From the NCBI GenBank assembly GCA_049591295.1, contig JBAWEQ010000080.1:2238-66237 (forward strand): a stretch of 64,000 nucleotides of DNA. The letters run 5' to 3'. Origin of the DNA: Acidobacteriota bacterium. GTDB lineage: Bacteria; Acidobacteriota; UBA4820; DSQY01. This document shows, in pieces, positions 38,442 to 47,750 of the stretch (positions are counted from its first letter, which is position 1; every line of letters begins with the position of its first letter). Below the pieces are notes generated by a model. That model worked only from the letters and a program-made list of their open reading frames with translations. It was not told the DNA's origin and did not search any database. The position numbers and the translations under genes are program-made.

Positions 38442-40313
38442 ATGTGCGGCATAGCGGGCTTCGCGCTGAACCGGCCGGCTGATCGCGAGGCGCTCGCGGC
38501 CATGACGCGGAGCCTCGTGCACCGGGGCCCCGACGGGGAAGGCTTCTTCGTGGAAGAGGGCGTGGGGCTGGGCCACCGGCGCCTGGCCATCCTGGACCTT
38601 CCGGGCGGGGCCCAGCCCATGGCCAACGAGTCGGGCTCGGTGGTGGTGGTCTTCAACGGCGAGATCTACAACTTCCAGGCCCTGCGCGCGGAGCTGGAGG
38701 CCAAGGGACACCGCTTCGCCACGCGCTCGGACACGGAGGTGCTCGTGCACCTCTACGAGGAGGAGGGCGAGGATTTCCTCCCCAGGCTGAACGGCATCTT
38801 CGCCTTCGCCCTCTACGACCGCGAGCGCCGGAGCCTCCTGCTGGCGAGGGACCCGCTGGGAGTGAAGCCGCTCTATTATGCCGAGGTGCCGCGAGGGCTC
38901 CTGTTCGGCTCCGAGCTCAAGGCCCTGCGCGCCCATCCCGATTTCCCGACTGACCTGGACCTGGATGCCCTGAAGGCCTACTTCACCTGCGAATACGTCC
39001 CCGCTCCCCTCTCCATCTACCGTTCGGCCAGAAAGCTCCTGCCCGGCCACGCTCTGCTGGCGGGACCGGAGGGAATCCGGGTCCGTCCCTACTGGCACTG
39101 GGCCATTCCTCAGGAGCTTGGGCTGTCCCGGGCAGAAGCGGCGGAAAAACTCCGGGAAACGGTCCTGCGAAGCGTCAAGGGCCAGCTCATCTCCGACGTG
39201 CCCCTGGGGGTGTTCCTGAGCGGCGGCGTGGATTCCAGCATCGTCGCGGCCTGCATGGTGGAAGCGGGGGGGCGCGTGGAGAGCTTCTCCATCGGCTTCG
39301 AGGACCCCTCCTTCGACGAGAGCGCGTACGCCCGGACGGCGGCGCGGCACCTGGGTTGCGGCCACCACGAGCACACCTTCTCCGAGAAAGAGCTGCTGGC
39401 CGAGGTCCCGCGCGTACTCGGCCTTCTCGACGAACCCTTTGCCGACCCCTCGCTCTTTCCCACCGCCCTGCTCTCCCGCTTCGCCCGGCAGCGCGTGACC
39501 GTGGCCCTGGGCGGGGACGGCGGCGACGAGCTCTTCGCGGGATACCCGACCTACTGGGTGCACCACCGCTTCGGCCTCTACCGGTCCCTGCCGGGCTGGG
39601 CGCGACGCGCCGGGATGGCCGCGGCGGACCGCCTCCTGCCCGTCTCCCACGCGAACCTCACCCTGCCCTACAAGCTCCGCAAGTTCAGGGACGGGGCTGA
39701 GTATCCAATGCCGCTGCGGCACCACCTCTGGCTCGGCTCGTGGACCCCGGAGGGGCTCGCGCGGCTTATGCCAGGTGCCGGTGCCGTGGCCCTCTCCGAG
39801 AAGTGGATCCCGGACGCGCCGCAGAAGGATCCCGTCACCTCGGCCCAGTGGCTGGACCTCCACACCTATCTGCTGGAGGACATCCTCGCCAAGGTGGACA
39901 GGGCCAGCATGATGGCCTCCCTGGAGGCCCGCGTGCCCCTGCTCGATCCCGAGATCGTCCGCCTCGCCTTCGCCATGCCCCACGACTGGAAGCTCCGCGG
40001 GCGCGCGGGCAAGGCGGTCTTCAAGGAGGCCTTCGCCGGCCGCTTCCCGAAGGGCTTCCTCGACCGCCCCAAAAAGGGCTTCGGCATCCCCGTCGCCCGC
40101 TGGCTCACGGGCCCCCTGCGGCCCATGGCCGAGGAACTGCTCTCCGATGAGGTGCTGGGCAGGGTCCCCTTCCTCAAACCGGACGAACCCCGCCGCCTCT
40201 GGCGCGAACACCTCGCCCGCAAGGCCGACCATCGCAAACCCCTCTGGACCCTGCTGTGCTTTCTCGACTGGTGGAGGAGGGACCACAAGCGGATAGGAGG
40301 AAGGAGCGAATGA
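38442..40313 (+). CDS. asnB: Asparagine synthase (glutamine-hydrolysing) family amidotransferase
   Basis: MCGIAGF N-terminal nucleophile, SGGVDSS PP-loop; 623 aa. Confidence 0.9.
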   Translation: MCGIAGFALNRPADREALAAMTRSLVHRGPDGEGFFVEEGVGLGHRRLAILDLPGGAQPMANESGSVVVVFNGEIYNFQALRAELEAKGHRFATRSDTEVLVHLYEEEGEDFLPRLNGIFAFALYDRERRSLLLARDPLGVKPLYYAEVPRGLLFGSELKALRAHPDFPTDLDLDALKAYFTCEYVPAPLSIYRSARKLLPGHALLAGPEGIRVRPYWHWAIPQELGLSRAEAAEKLRETVLRSVKGQLISDVPLGVFLSGGVDSSIVAACMVEAGGRVESFSIGFEDPSFDESAYARTAARHLGCGHHEHTFSEKELLAEVPRVLGLLDEPFADPSLFPTALLSRFARQRVTVALGGDGGDELFAGYPTYWVHHRFGLYRSLPGWARRAGMAAADRLLPVSHANLTLPYKLRKFRDGAEYPMPLRHHLWLGSWTPEGLARLMPGAGAVALSEKWIPDAPQKDPVTSAQWLDLHTYLLEDILAKVDRASMMASLEARVPLLDPEIVRLAFAMPHDWKLRGRAGKAVFKEAFAGRFPKGFLDRPKKGFGIPVARWLTGPLRPMAEELLSDEVLGRVPFLKPDEPRRLWREHLARKADHRKPLWTLLCFLDWWRRDHKRIGGRSE

Positions 40314-40335
40314 GCAGCCCAAAGCGAGGAATCCC

Positions 40336-40470
40336 TTCCCGTGGGGCGGGCGCCCTCGCCCGCCGCTCCCCGACTCCGATCAACCGTGGGGCGGGCGCCC
40401 CCGCCCGCCGCTCCCCGACTCCGACCAACCGTGGGGCGGGCGCCCCCGCCCGCCACTCTTCCGCTCTGGA
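40336..40470. repeat. Three tandem 45-bp copies of the same GC-rich palindromic REP (BIME-like cluster)
   Basis: ccgtggggcgggcgccc(t/c)cgcccgccgctccccgactccga(t/c)caa x3. Confidence 0.85.
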
Positions 40471-40621
40471 GAGCGCTCCTACAAGGGCCTAGAGCATGCG
40501 AAGCTCACACGCCAAGGATTTCACTCCCATTCGCCATTCGCCATTCGAAATCCGAAATCCCTTCGTGCCTTCGTGTCTTGGTGGTGAATTTTCCTTCCCC
40601 CCTTGGCCCGAGCTTCTCCTC

Positions 40622-42259
40622 GTGGTCCTCGTGGCGGCGGCGGCTTTCTTCGCCAGTTTCAAGGCCGTTCAGGACCCCGATACCTTCTGGCACTTGGCCA
40701 TCGGGAGGGAGATCTGGCAGACCCATCACCTCGTGCGCACGGAGACCTTCTCGTTCACCGCCAGGGGCGCCCCCTGGACCGACGAGGAGTGGCTCTTCCA
40801 CCTCCTCTGCTACCCCCTGTGGCTGTTGGGCGGAGCCGCCCTGGCCAAGGGGCTCACGGCCGCCTGCGCCGCGCTCGGCGTCCTGGGGGCCTACCGCTGC
40901 GTGCGGCTCTCGGGAGGCAGCGCCCCCGGCCTGGCGATCTTCGTCCTGCCCCTCCTGGCCGTCTACGGCGAGCGCTTCCGCTACCGCCCCGAGATCTTCT
41001 CGCTGGTGCTGATGGTGCTCCTCCTGGCGATCCTCCTGAAGTCCGAGGCCTCGCCCGCGGGCCTTCGCCGCGCCCTGCCCTGGCTGCTCGCGCTCTTCCT
41101 GCTCTGGGTGCAGATCCACGGCGCCTGGGCCTACGGGCTGGTGCTGACGGGGGCCTTCCTGGCCGGGAGGCTCGTGGATCGGTGGAGGGAGGGCGCCCTC
41201 GCGTTCAAGGACGCCCTTCACAGCGCGGGCATCGTCTTGGCCTGCTGGGCGATCACCCTGATCAACCCCTTCGGCTGGCGATTGACATTCTTTCCTGTCC
41301 AGCACGCGCTGGACCTTCTGAACCACAAGGCCTACGTCCCCATCGCCGAATGGGTGAGGACGCCCCTGACCGGCGTCTACGCGCTCTTCGCGGCCATGGC
41401 CGTCGCCACCCTACTGGCCCAGCTCTTCGCCCGGCCGCACCGCTGGTCTTCCATTCTCGTCGTCGCGAGCCAAGTGGCGCTGGGCCTTTACTGGGTCCGC
41501 TACGCGGCCTACGCCGTGATCACCCTGGCCCCTTTCGCCGCCCGATCGTTGCAGCCGATCCTCAACCGCCACCGGGTGCAGACGGCGGCCTACGCCCTCG
41601 GCATTCCGCTAGCCCTCTTCGCCGCAGGCTGGCAGGCGCTGCACCCGCCGCTTTACCCGCCCATGGCGGAGCGCTACCCCGTCCAGGAGGCGGCCTTCCT
41701 GAAGCGCGTGGACTTCTCGGGGAACCTCTACCACGAATTCCGCGTGGGCGGCTATCTGGAGTGGGCCCTCGACCACCAGGCCAAGGTCTTCTTCGACGGG
41801 CGCTTCGGCCCCTTCAACGAGGCCGGGATTGCCTACTACCAAGCCCACCGCTCCATTCCCGCCTTCGAGGCCTTCCTGGCCCGCTACCCCTTCGACGCGG
41901 CCCTCTATTCCTACAAGGACTTCACCTTCAAGGGCCCGCCCGGCACCCCGCCCCGCGGCCCCTCCGCCGTCCTCTTCCCACCGGAATCCTGGGTCATGGT
42001 GGACTTCGGCCCCTACGGCATGGTCCTCGCCAAGCGCGAGCCGGCCAACCAGGCCCTCATCCAGAAGGACGGCTATCCGCTCCTCCGCCTGGATGACCTG
42101 CCCTACCTCCTCTGGAGCGCCGAGCACGGTACCATCCCGCCCCAGGCCCTCACCGCCGAATTGGAGCGGGCCCTCAACAAGAAACCCAGCCCATACCTGC
42201 GAAGGGTCATGGATAATGCCCTATCTTCGCTGATGGCTTCAAGGGAAGCTCATGATTAG
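40622..42259 (+). CDS. Polytopic membrane protein, putative GT-C-fold glycosyltransferase (paralog A); ORF opens at 40496 but the N-terminal extension is repeat-derived
   Basis: About 12 TM helices; conserved DPDTFWHLAIGREIW and GAPWTDEEWLF loop motifs shared with the downstream paralog. Confidence 0.5.
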   Translation: MVLVAAAAFFASFKAVQDPDTFWHLAIGREIWQTHHLVRTETFSFTARGAPWTDEEWLFHLLCYPLWLLGGAALAKGLTAACAALGVLGAYRCVRLSGGSAPGLAIFVLPLLAVYGERFRYRPEIFSLVLMVLLLAILLKSEASPAGLRRALPWLLALFLLWVQIHGAWAYGLVLTGAFLAGRLVDRWREGALAFKDALHSAGIVLACWAITLINPFGWRLTFFPVQHALDLLNHKAYVPIAEWVRTPLTGVYALFAAMAVATLLAQLFARPHRWSSILVVASQVALGLYWVRYAAYAVITLAPFAARSLQPILNRHRVQTAAYALGIPLALFAAGWQALHPPLYPPMAERYPVQEAAFLKRVDFSGNLYHEFRVGGYLEWALDHQAKVFFDGRFGPFNEAGIAYYQAHRSIPAFEAFLARYPFDAALYSYKDFTFKGPPGTPPRGPSAVLFPPESWVMVDFGPYGMVLAKREPANQALIQKDGYPLLRLDDLPYLLWSAEHGTIPPQALTAELERALNKKPSPYLRRVMDNALSSLMASREAHD

Positions 42260-42326
42260 AGTTGTTGCACGAATACGAAGCATCATCCGCTGGTTTTTCC
42301 CTCCCCTCCCCCCTCTGGAGGGAGCA

Positions 42327-44051
42327 ATGTGGGCAGAAATTGTGCTTATCCTACTCTTGATGGCCCTGGTGGCTCAGGCAAGCTTCTCCCCCATTTGGGA
42401 TCCAGACAGTTTTTGGCACTTAGCCATTGGAAGGGAAATCTGGACGGTCGGCCATCCCCTCTACAAGGAGACCTTTTCGTTTACTCTCGCTGGAAAATCC
42501 TGGTTCGATGGGGAATGGCTTTTTAACTTTGGCATCTATGTCCTTTGGCGCCTGGGGGGCTACCCGCTTTTGGAGTGGAGCGTAGCTCTGGGCGGAGCTC
42601 TTGTGGTTGGGCTCCTCTATCGCGCTGTGAGGGTTACCGGCACTACGGCGCTGACGCTGGCTTGCTATTTCATGACCGTCTTACCAGCTTTCACCGATCG
42701 AATTCGGTTAAGGCCAGACGTCCTCTCTATGATGTTCCTGGCTCTATTATTGGAGCGCATGCGACGATGGAGAACAGATCCAGACGCGCAGCCCGGCACC
42801 TGGCTGTTCGTCCTATTTCTCTTCGCTCTCTGGGCCCAGTGCCATGGTGGGTGGAGTTTCGGTTTGCTGATCTTGGGCGTCATTGCTTCGGGGATGCTTC
42901 TCGATGGCTGGCAAGAAGGCATCCCATTCAACTCTCATCGCTTGGCCGTACTGGTCACGCCGCTGGTAGCGGCCCTAACGGGGGTTCTGATTAATCCCTA
43001 TGGATGGAGGACCCTGGCCTTTCCCTTCGAAAACCTCCTCGCCCTCTTCGATCGCCAGCTCCCCGTCCTTTTTGAATGGCAGCATACTCCGCTCACCCTC
43101 AGCACGCTACCCAGTCTAGCTATATTTTCGCTTGTGTTTCTTTCCACTCTGCTGCCGTTCAAGAAGGTTTGCTGGACCGAGGTGTTATTTTCCGGAAGCC
43201 AGCTATTTCTGGGCTTCTGGTGGGAGCGATACTTGTCCTTCGCGGCATTAACTCTGGCGCCACTCGCCTGCTTAAAACTAGAACCTCTTCTGCGCCGGGG
43301 CACGGCGACCCGCAAGCCCATCCTCGCGGGAGCTTTATTGTTGCTGTTAGTTCGCGGTGTCTCCATTGCATCCATGCCCACTTCCTCTTGGAGCCTAGCC
43401 GAGAATTATCCCTTGCAGGAGGTCCAATTTCTGAAGCGACATAATACTCCAGCAAATTTGTTTCACACCTTCGTTGCGGGAGGATTCCTGGAATGGGAGT
43501 ATTGGCCCCTCGGCAGGGTTTACATGGACGGGCGATTGATCTTTCTTCCAGAACTCAGCGCCTATCTGCAAGCCAAGCAAAGTCTTCGGACATTCAAGGC
43601 GTTTCTACTGTCTCACCCTTTTACCGTCGCCATTGTCCCATACGCTTCGGCACCATTGGGGGGCCAAGGCTTGGATGGCCCGGCGAGATCACTCAATGAC
43701 GACATATTCTCCAATAGGGAATGGGCGCTTGTCTTTTTTGGGGAGTATGGTTGCGTCTACCTACGAAGAATTCCCGCTTACGAACCAATGATCCAACGCT
43801 ACGAATTTCACCTCTTGAAGCCATGCGACAATGCTTACCTTGTCTGGTGCTGCCGTACAGGCAAAATCAATCCCGCGGAATTACATTCTGAAATTGAGCG
43901 CGTAACAAAACGAGAACCCAAAGTCGCACGAGCTCTTCACTTCTCTGAACTTGAGCAAGCCATCTCGGCCATTACCACAAAGGGGGCAATTGCCAGCGGG
44001 AGGTCGAAAGCCTCTTCACCGACAGCGCCACCCAGAGGACCGCAAGAGTGA
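42327..44051 (+). CDS. Polytopic membrane protein, putative GT-C-fold glycosyltransferase (paralog B, low-GC xenolog)
   Basis: ATG at 42327 with SD GGAGGGAG; DPDSFWHLAIGREIW, GKSWFDGEWLF; local GC about 52% against about 68% for paralog A. Confidence 0.5.
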   Translation: MWAEIVLILLLMALVAQASFSPIWDPDSFWHLAIGREIWTVGHPLYKETFSFTLAGKSWFDGEWLFNFGIYVLWRLGGYPLLEWSVALGGALVVGLLYRAVRVTGTTALTLACYFMTVLPAFTDRIRLRPDVLSMMFLALLLERMRRWRTDPDAQPGTWLFVLFLFALWAQCHGGWSFGLLILGVIASGMLLDGWQEGIPFNSHRLAVLVTPLVAALTGVLINPYGWRTLAFPFENLLALFDRQLPVLFEWQHTPLTLSTLPSLAIFSLVFLSTLLPFKKVCWTEVLFSGSQLFLGFWWERYLSFAALTLAPLACLKLEPLLRRGTATRKPILAGALLLLLVRGVSIASMPTSSWSLAENYPLQEVQFLKRHNTPANLFHTFVAGGFLEWEYWPLGRVYMDGRLIFLPELSAYLQAKQSLRTFKAFLLSHPFTVAIVPYASAPLGGQGLDGPARSLNDDIFSNREWALVFFGEYGCVYLRRIPAYEPMIQRYEFHLLKPCDNAYLVWCCRTGKINPAELHSEIERVTKREPKVARALHFSELEQAISAITTKGAIASGRSKASSPTAPPRGPQE

Positions 44052-46359
44052 CCAGAAGCGAGACGGCGGCCGGAATGTAGACGTGCCAGGGCCGGTAGAC
44101 GAACCGGACCTCGTGCTTCCCCGCCGGCACGAGCACTCCCCTGAAGCAGCCGTTGACCCGGTAGATGGGGACGTGGCGGCCGTCCACCGAGGCCCGCCAG
44201 CCGGGATACCAGGAATCTCTCAGGACCAGCAGCGCCTCGTGCGGAGCCTCCGCCGCGATGGTCACCCTTTCAGCGCCGTCATGAATAAATGTCAGACGAC
44301 CTCCCGCCATCGGTCCTTCGGGCCAGGCGCTCGGCGCCGGCTGTCCCATCGTCTCCACAAGGGCTACACCGTCTGCCTCATGGCCGAGGGCGACGATCTG
44401 TTTCGCCAAGGGCTGGCCTGGGTCCACCATGGCCACGGCCCTGGCAAAATAGAGCCGGCCCAGGGCGCCCGGGATGGCGTAGACACGGGCGTCACCTCCC
44501 TCGTGGACCACCTGCACCCCAGCCAACGGCGTCTGTTCAGGCAGCAGGAGCAGCGATGCCCCCATGTTCTCGAAGCGCAGCCACTCCGGAGCGGCGTACA
44601 TGATGCAGGTAGGCGGAGCCGGCGGATTGAAGAAGAGCTGGAAATAGCGGTTGAGGAAATAGGCCGCGTTCTGCTCCGCCGCCCGCACTCCGAACACCTG
44701 GCCCTGATTGGGGGGCAGGACGAAATAGGGGTGCCAGCCCAAGGAGACGACCCGGTCATGGGGGCGGTCCCGGTGCAGCCATTGAAACGTGGGATTGGGC
44801 CTGAAGGCGATGCTATTCCACGAAAGGTGGTCCAGCGAAAGAGGAAAGGCCAGGGGCAGTACGATCAGGGCACCCAACGCCAAGGTCGTCTTGCCCCGCC
44901 GCTGCACCATAGCCAACAACCCTACCGCCACCAACCCGGCACCGATCAGCACCCAAGCCAGCGCCGGCCAGTGGGTCTGAACCCCAGCGGAAAGAGGCAG
45001 TGCCCCAAAGAGCCAAAGGTCGCCCAGCAAGGCCAAGCCTCCGGCGCTCCATGCCAGCGCCTTGACCCACCGCGCTCCCCGGCGCATGGCGCGCAGGCCC
45101 TCGGGGGCCAAAAAGGCACAGCCCGCCCAGAAGAAAGCCTTGAAATAGAAGAGGGGGATGATGAAGAGCTTCACCTGCAGAAAGGCCTTCACCGCCGTCC
45201 CAACGGCTGTGAGCGGCATGAGGAGGACCAGCCCCGCCAGAGCGACAGCCAGCCAGTACCGAGAGGCCCGTCTTCCCGCCAGGGCCGCCGCGGCCAAAAG
45301 GGCCACCAGGGCCGGGGCGACGTAGAGGTCGGAGGCAAGGGCGAAGGGTGCCTTCCAGGAATACTCGAAGAGAAAAGGAAGCCCCGCCTCCTTGTACGAG
45401 AAGCTGTGATGCAATAGCCAGAGCAAAGGAACCCACAGGACGGCCAGGGCCGCGAGCGTCAGGGCACCGACCACGGACAAGGTGCCCAACCTTTTCCAGT
45501 AGAGTCTCCCCGCCTCCTCCCGCCCCCGCTCTTCCGCCAGCCAGAAATAGCCGCCCGCCATGGCGGCCACGAGCAGGCAAGGTTCGGGGTGGGAGACCTG
45601 CCCTAAAAGGATGAAGGGTAGGGCCGCCTGGGCCAGCGAAGGCCAATCCCTCCAACGGGCGGACCGAAGACCCAACAGGCACCAGGGCAGCAAGGCGAAG
45701 GCCGAGGGTTCGAGGATGGTCAGCCGTTCCAGCGTCCATGGATTCAGTGCAAAGATCGCCGAACCCACGAGGCTCTCGACGGCATCGTACCCCTCGCCCC
45801 GAAACCACCTCCACGCCCCCCAGCACCCAAAGACCAAGGTCAAGAAGAGAGAAAAGCAATAGGCCCAATTGGTGGGAATGAGGTAGAAGAACCAGCGGAA
45901 CGGGTTGAACGGCCGGTACTGCCCGTTATCCAGCGTAGGATAGCCGCCCCCCGTGTAGGGGTCCCACAGGGGCAGCCGACCGCCGTGCAGGAGGTGAGCC
46001 GTGGCGAGGTCCTGCGGCCAGAAAACCGAGAGCGCGACGAAGTCTTTATCCGCGATCCACGGGGCGGTCGCCTTCCGGGCCAAGAAGGCCTTATCAGGAA
46101 CGATCTGCTTCCCGTCGTCGAGCGCCTGGATGGTCCCCCAATTGGGATACCGAGCGAAGGGCAGGAAGTTGCAGCCAGCCAAGAGGGGAGCAAAAGCCAA
46201 CAGCACGAGGCCCGTCAGCAGAAGTCCAGCAAAACTCAGCGCAGGCCGCCTGCTTTCTCCCGCGTGATTCTCTGTTGGATGTCCTGGCGTAACGGGGCCT
46301 TCGACTTCGCCTTGAGCCGGAACTAGTGAATCGTTCGCCTGCACTGGAAATATCCCCAT
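43972..46359 (-). CDS. YfhO-like GT-C membrane glycosyltransferase (large periplasmic C-terminal domain)
   Basis: Many TM helices, C-terminal WYPGWRASVDGRHVPIYRVNGCFRGVLVPAGKHEVRFVYRP typical of YfhO-family C-termini. The ORF-track N-terminus (to 47190) is antisense junk overlapping a real gene in another frame; ATG at 46359 or 46389. Confidence 0.5.
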   Translation of the reverse strand: MGIFPVQANDSLVPAQGEVEGPVTPGHPTENHAGESRRPALSFAGLLLTGLVLLAFAPLLAGCNFLPFARYPNWGTIQALDDGKQIVPDKAFLARKATAPWIADKDFVALSVFWPQDLATAHLLHGGRLPLWDPYTGGGYPTLDNGQYRPFNPFRWFFYLIPTNWAYCFSLFLTLVFGCWGAWRWFRGEGYDAVESLVGSAIFALNPWTLERLTILEPSAFALLPWCLLGLRSARWRDWPSLAQAALPFILLGQVSHPEPCLLVAAMAGGYFWLAEERGREEAGRLYWKRLGTLSVVGALTLAALAVLWVPLLWLLHHSFSYKEAGLPFLFEYSWKAPFALASDLYVAPALVALLAAAALAGRRASRYWLAVALAGLVLLMPLTAVGTAVKAFLQVKLFIIPLFYFKAFFWAGCAFLAPEGLRAMRRGARWVKALAWSAGGLALLGDLWLFGALPLSAGVQTHWPALAWVLIGAGLVAVGLLAMVQRRGKTTLALGALIVLPLAFPLSLDHLSWNSIAFRPNPTFQWLHRDRPHDRVVSLGWHPYFVLPPNQGQVFGVRAAEQNAAYFLNRYFQLFFNPPAPPTCIMYAAPEWLRFENMGASLLLLPEQTPLAGVQVVHEGGDARVYAIPGALGRLYFARAVAMVDPGQPLAKQIVALGHEADGVALVETMGQPAPSAWPEGPMAGGRLTFIHDGAERVTIAAEAPHEALLVLRDSWYPGWRASVDGRHVPIYRVNGCFRGVLVPAGKHEVRFVYRPWHVYIPAAVSLLVTLAVLWVALSVKRLSTSRWQLPPLW

Positions 46360-47750
46360 AGGGTCCTCCCCTCCCGGAACGCCCATTCGGCAGCTAGGGA
46401 GGGGAAAAAGATGCCGGCAGCTATGGAATAACGGCCCACGTTCACGGAGGCCAATGCCACCAGTACGGCACTTACGGCCCCATACGACAGAGCCGCCAAC
46501 GCGAAACCGTTGTGCACCACCCATTCCTTCTCGGCTTCCGTGCCGGGGCGCGGCATGCCATAGTCCATCCTCCCCAGCCAGGCGCTGGCCAGAAGACGGG
46601 CGGAATAGAGCACGATGGCGATCGCCAGAAAGGCCTGCAGCACGAGACCGAAGCGCAGCAACCCTCCCAGAGATTCCCAAAGGTTCGTCAGCGCAAAGAA
46701 GAGGTAGGCTCTCAGGTAGCGCCGCAAGACAAATCGGGAGAGCTCTCCTAGCCGCCTGTTGGCCAATACCGTGTCCTGACCGTACAGTTTTGCCGCTACG
46801 GGCGCCGCGATCTCCCAAGCGTCGATGTTGAAATCCCTCTTCCAGAGGCCCATGTCTATACCGCGCGGCCCCACGACGGCAGGAACCCCCTTGCGTTGGC
46901 GCTCCGCAAGGAGGGCTTGGGCCAGCGGCCGGACATCCGCTGGGACCTTCTCGACGAGCGAGGGGTCCAAAAGACCTACCGCCAGTCCCGAAGCCTGATA
47001 GCCTCCGAAGGAAGCCACGCCGAAGTCGTTCACGGCCCATAACCTTAGGCCACAAAAAGCCACAAGGGGGAGCAGGGCGACCGCGGCCAGCCGCAAGACA
47101 AAGGGCCAGGCTGCTCGTTTTGTTGCCGGTTCGGACTTGGGCCTCATGAGATATAGGATCACGCCGGCGAATGGGGCGAGCACCACCCATATGACATTCA
47201 GGGGTCGCACGGCCCAGGCACCCAGCAAAAAAGCCCCCAGGGCGATCCAGGACATCCGCCCCGGACGGTCAGCCGCGACCCAGAAGAGACTGGCCAACAC
47301 CCCGGCGGATAGGACCCGTCCGAGAAAATCGCTCATAATACATTGGCTGGAAGGGTCGTTGAGCAGGGTAACCAGGAAAGCACCCGCCAGAGCGAAGGAC
47401 TGCCACCCAGCCGCGCCGAAACGGCGCAAGGCCCCATACAGGAAAAACACCACGGCGACGTGGAGCCCCATCTGCACGAGCGGAAGAAGCGAGAGTCGGG
47501 GTGACACCCACTGCACCACCTTGAGAAAGAGCGGGTATCCGAAAGAGCGGACCCCGCCGAGCAGACCCAACCAGCCTTGGCGGCTCGCCTCGAGGTAGGA
47601 ATCGGAATCCCCAGCCGCCCCAAGATGCAGCATGCCCAAGGCAATGGCAGCCGCCATGGTGGCAGCCGCGAGCACAATCATCCCGCCCAACGGTGAGCGA
47701 AACCAGCTCCGAATCGCAACCAATAGCCGTGGGTGGGACGCGTCCGCCAT
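46323..47750 (-). CDS. Hypothetical polytopic membrane protein (polysaccharide locus)
   Basis: 475 aa, about 11 TM segments, normal composition; different frame from the overlapping long ORF. Confidence 0.5.
   Translation of the reverse strand: MADASHPRLLVAIRSWFRSPLGGMIVLAAATMAAAIALGMLHLGAAGDSDSYLEASRQGWLGLLGGVRSFGYPLFLKVVQWVSPRLSLLPLVQMGLHVAVVFFLYGALRRFGAAGWQSFALAGAFLVTLLNDPSSQCIMSDFLGRVLSAGVLASLFWVAADRPGRMSWIALGAFLLGAWAVRPLNVIWVVLAPFAGVILYLMRPKSEPATKRAAWPFVLRLAAVALLPLVAFCGLRLWAVNDFGVASFGGYQASGLAVGLLDPSLVEKVPADVRPLAQALLAERQRKGVPAVVGPRGIDMGLWKRDFNIDAWEIAAPVAAKLYGQDTVLANRRLGELSRFVLRRYLRAYLFFALTNLWESLGGLLRFGLVLQAFLAIAIVLYSARLLASAWLGRMDYGMPRPGTEAEKEWVVHNGFALAALSYGAVSAVLVALASVNVGRYSIAAGIFFPSLAAEWAFREGRTLWGYFQCRRTIH

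Noticed and set aside
40336-40470. Regularly spaced 34-nt GC-rich repeats that at first glance resemble a mini-CRISPR
   Set aside because: Units are 45 bp head-to-tail with near-identical linkers (gactccga(t/c)caa), so there are no unique spacers. They are palindromic and identical to the REPs flanking the RAYT, and there are no cas genes. I classify them as a REP/BIME cluster.
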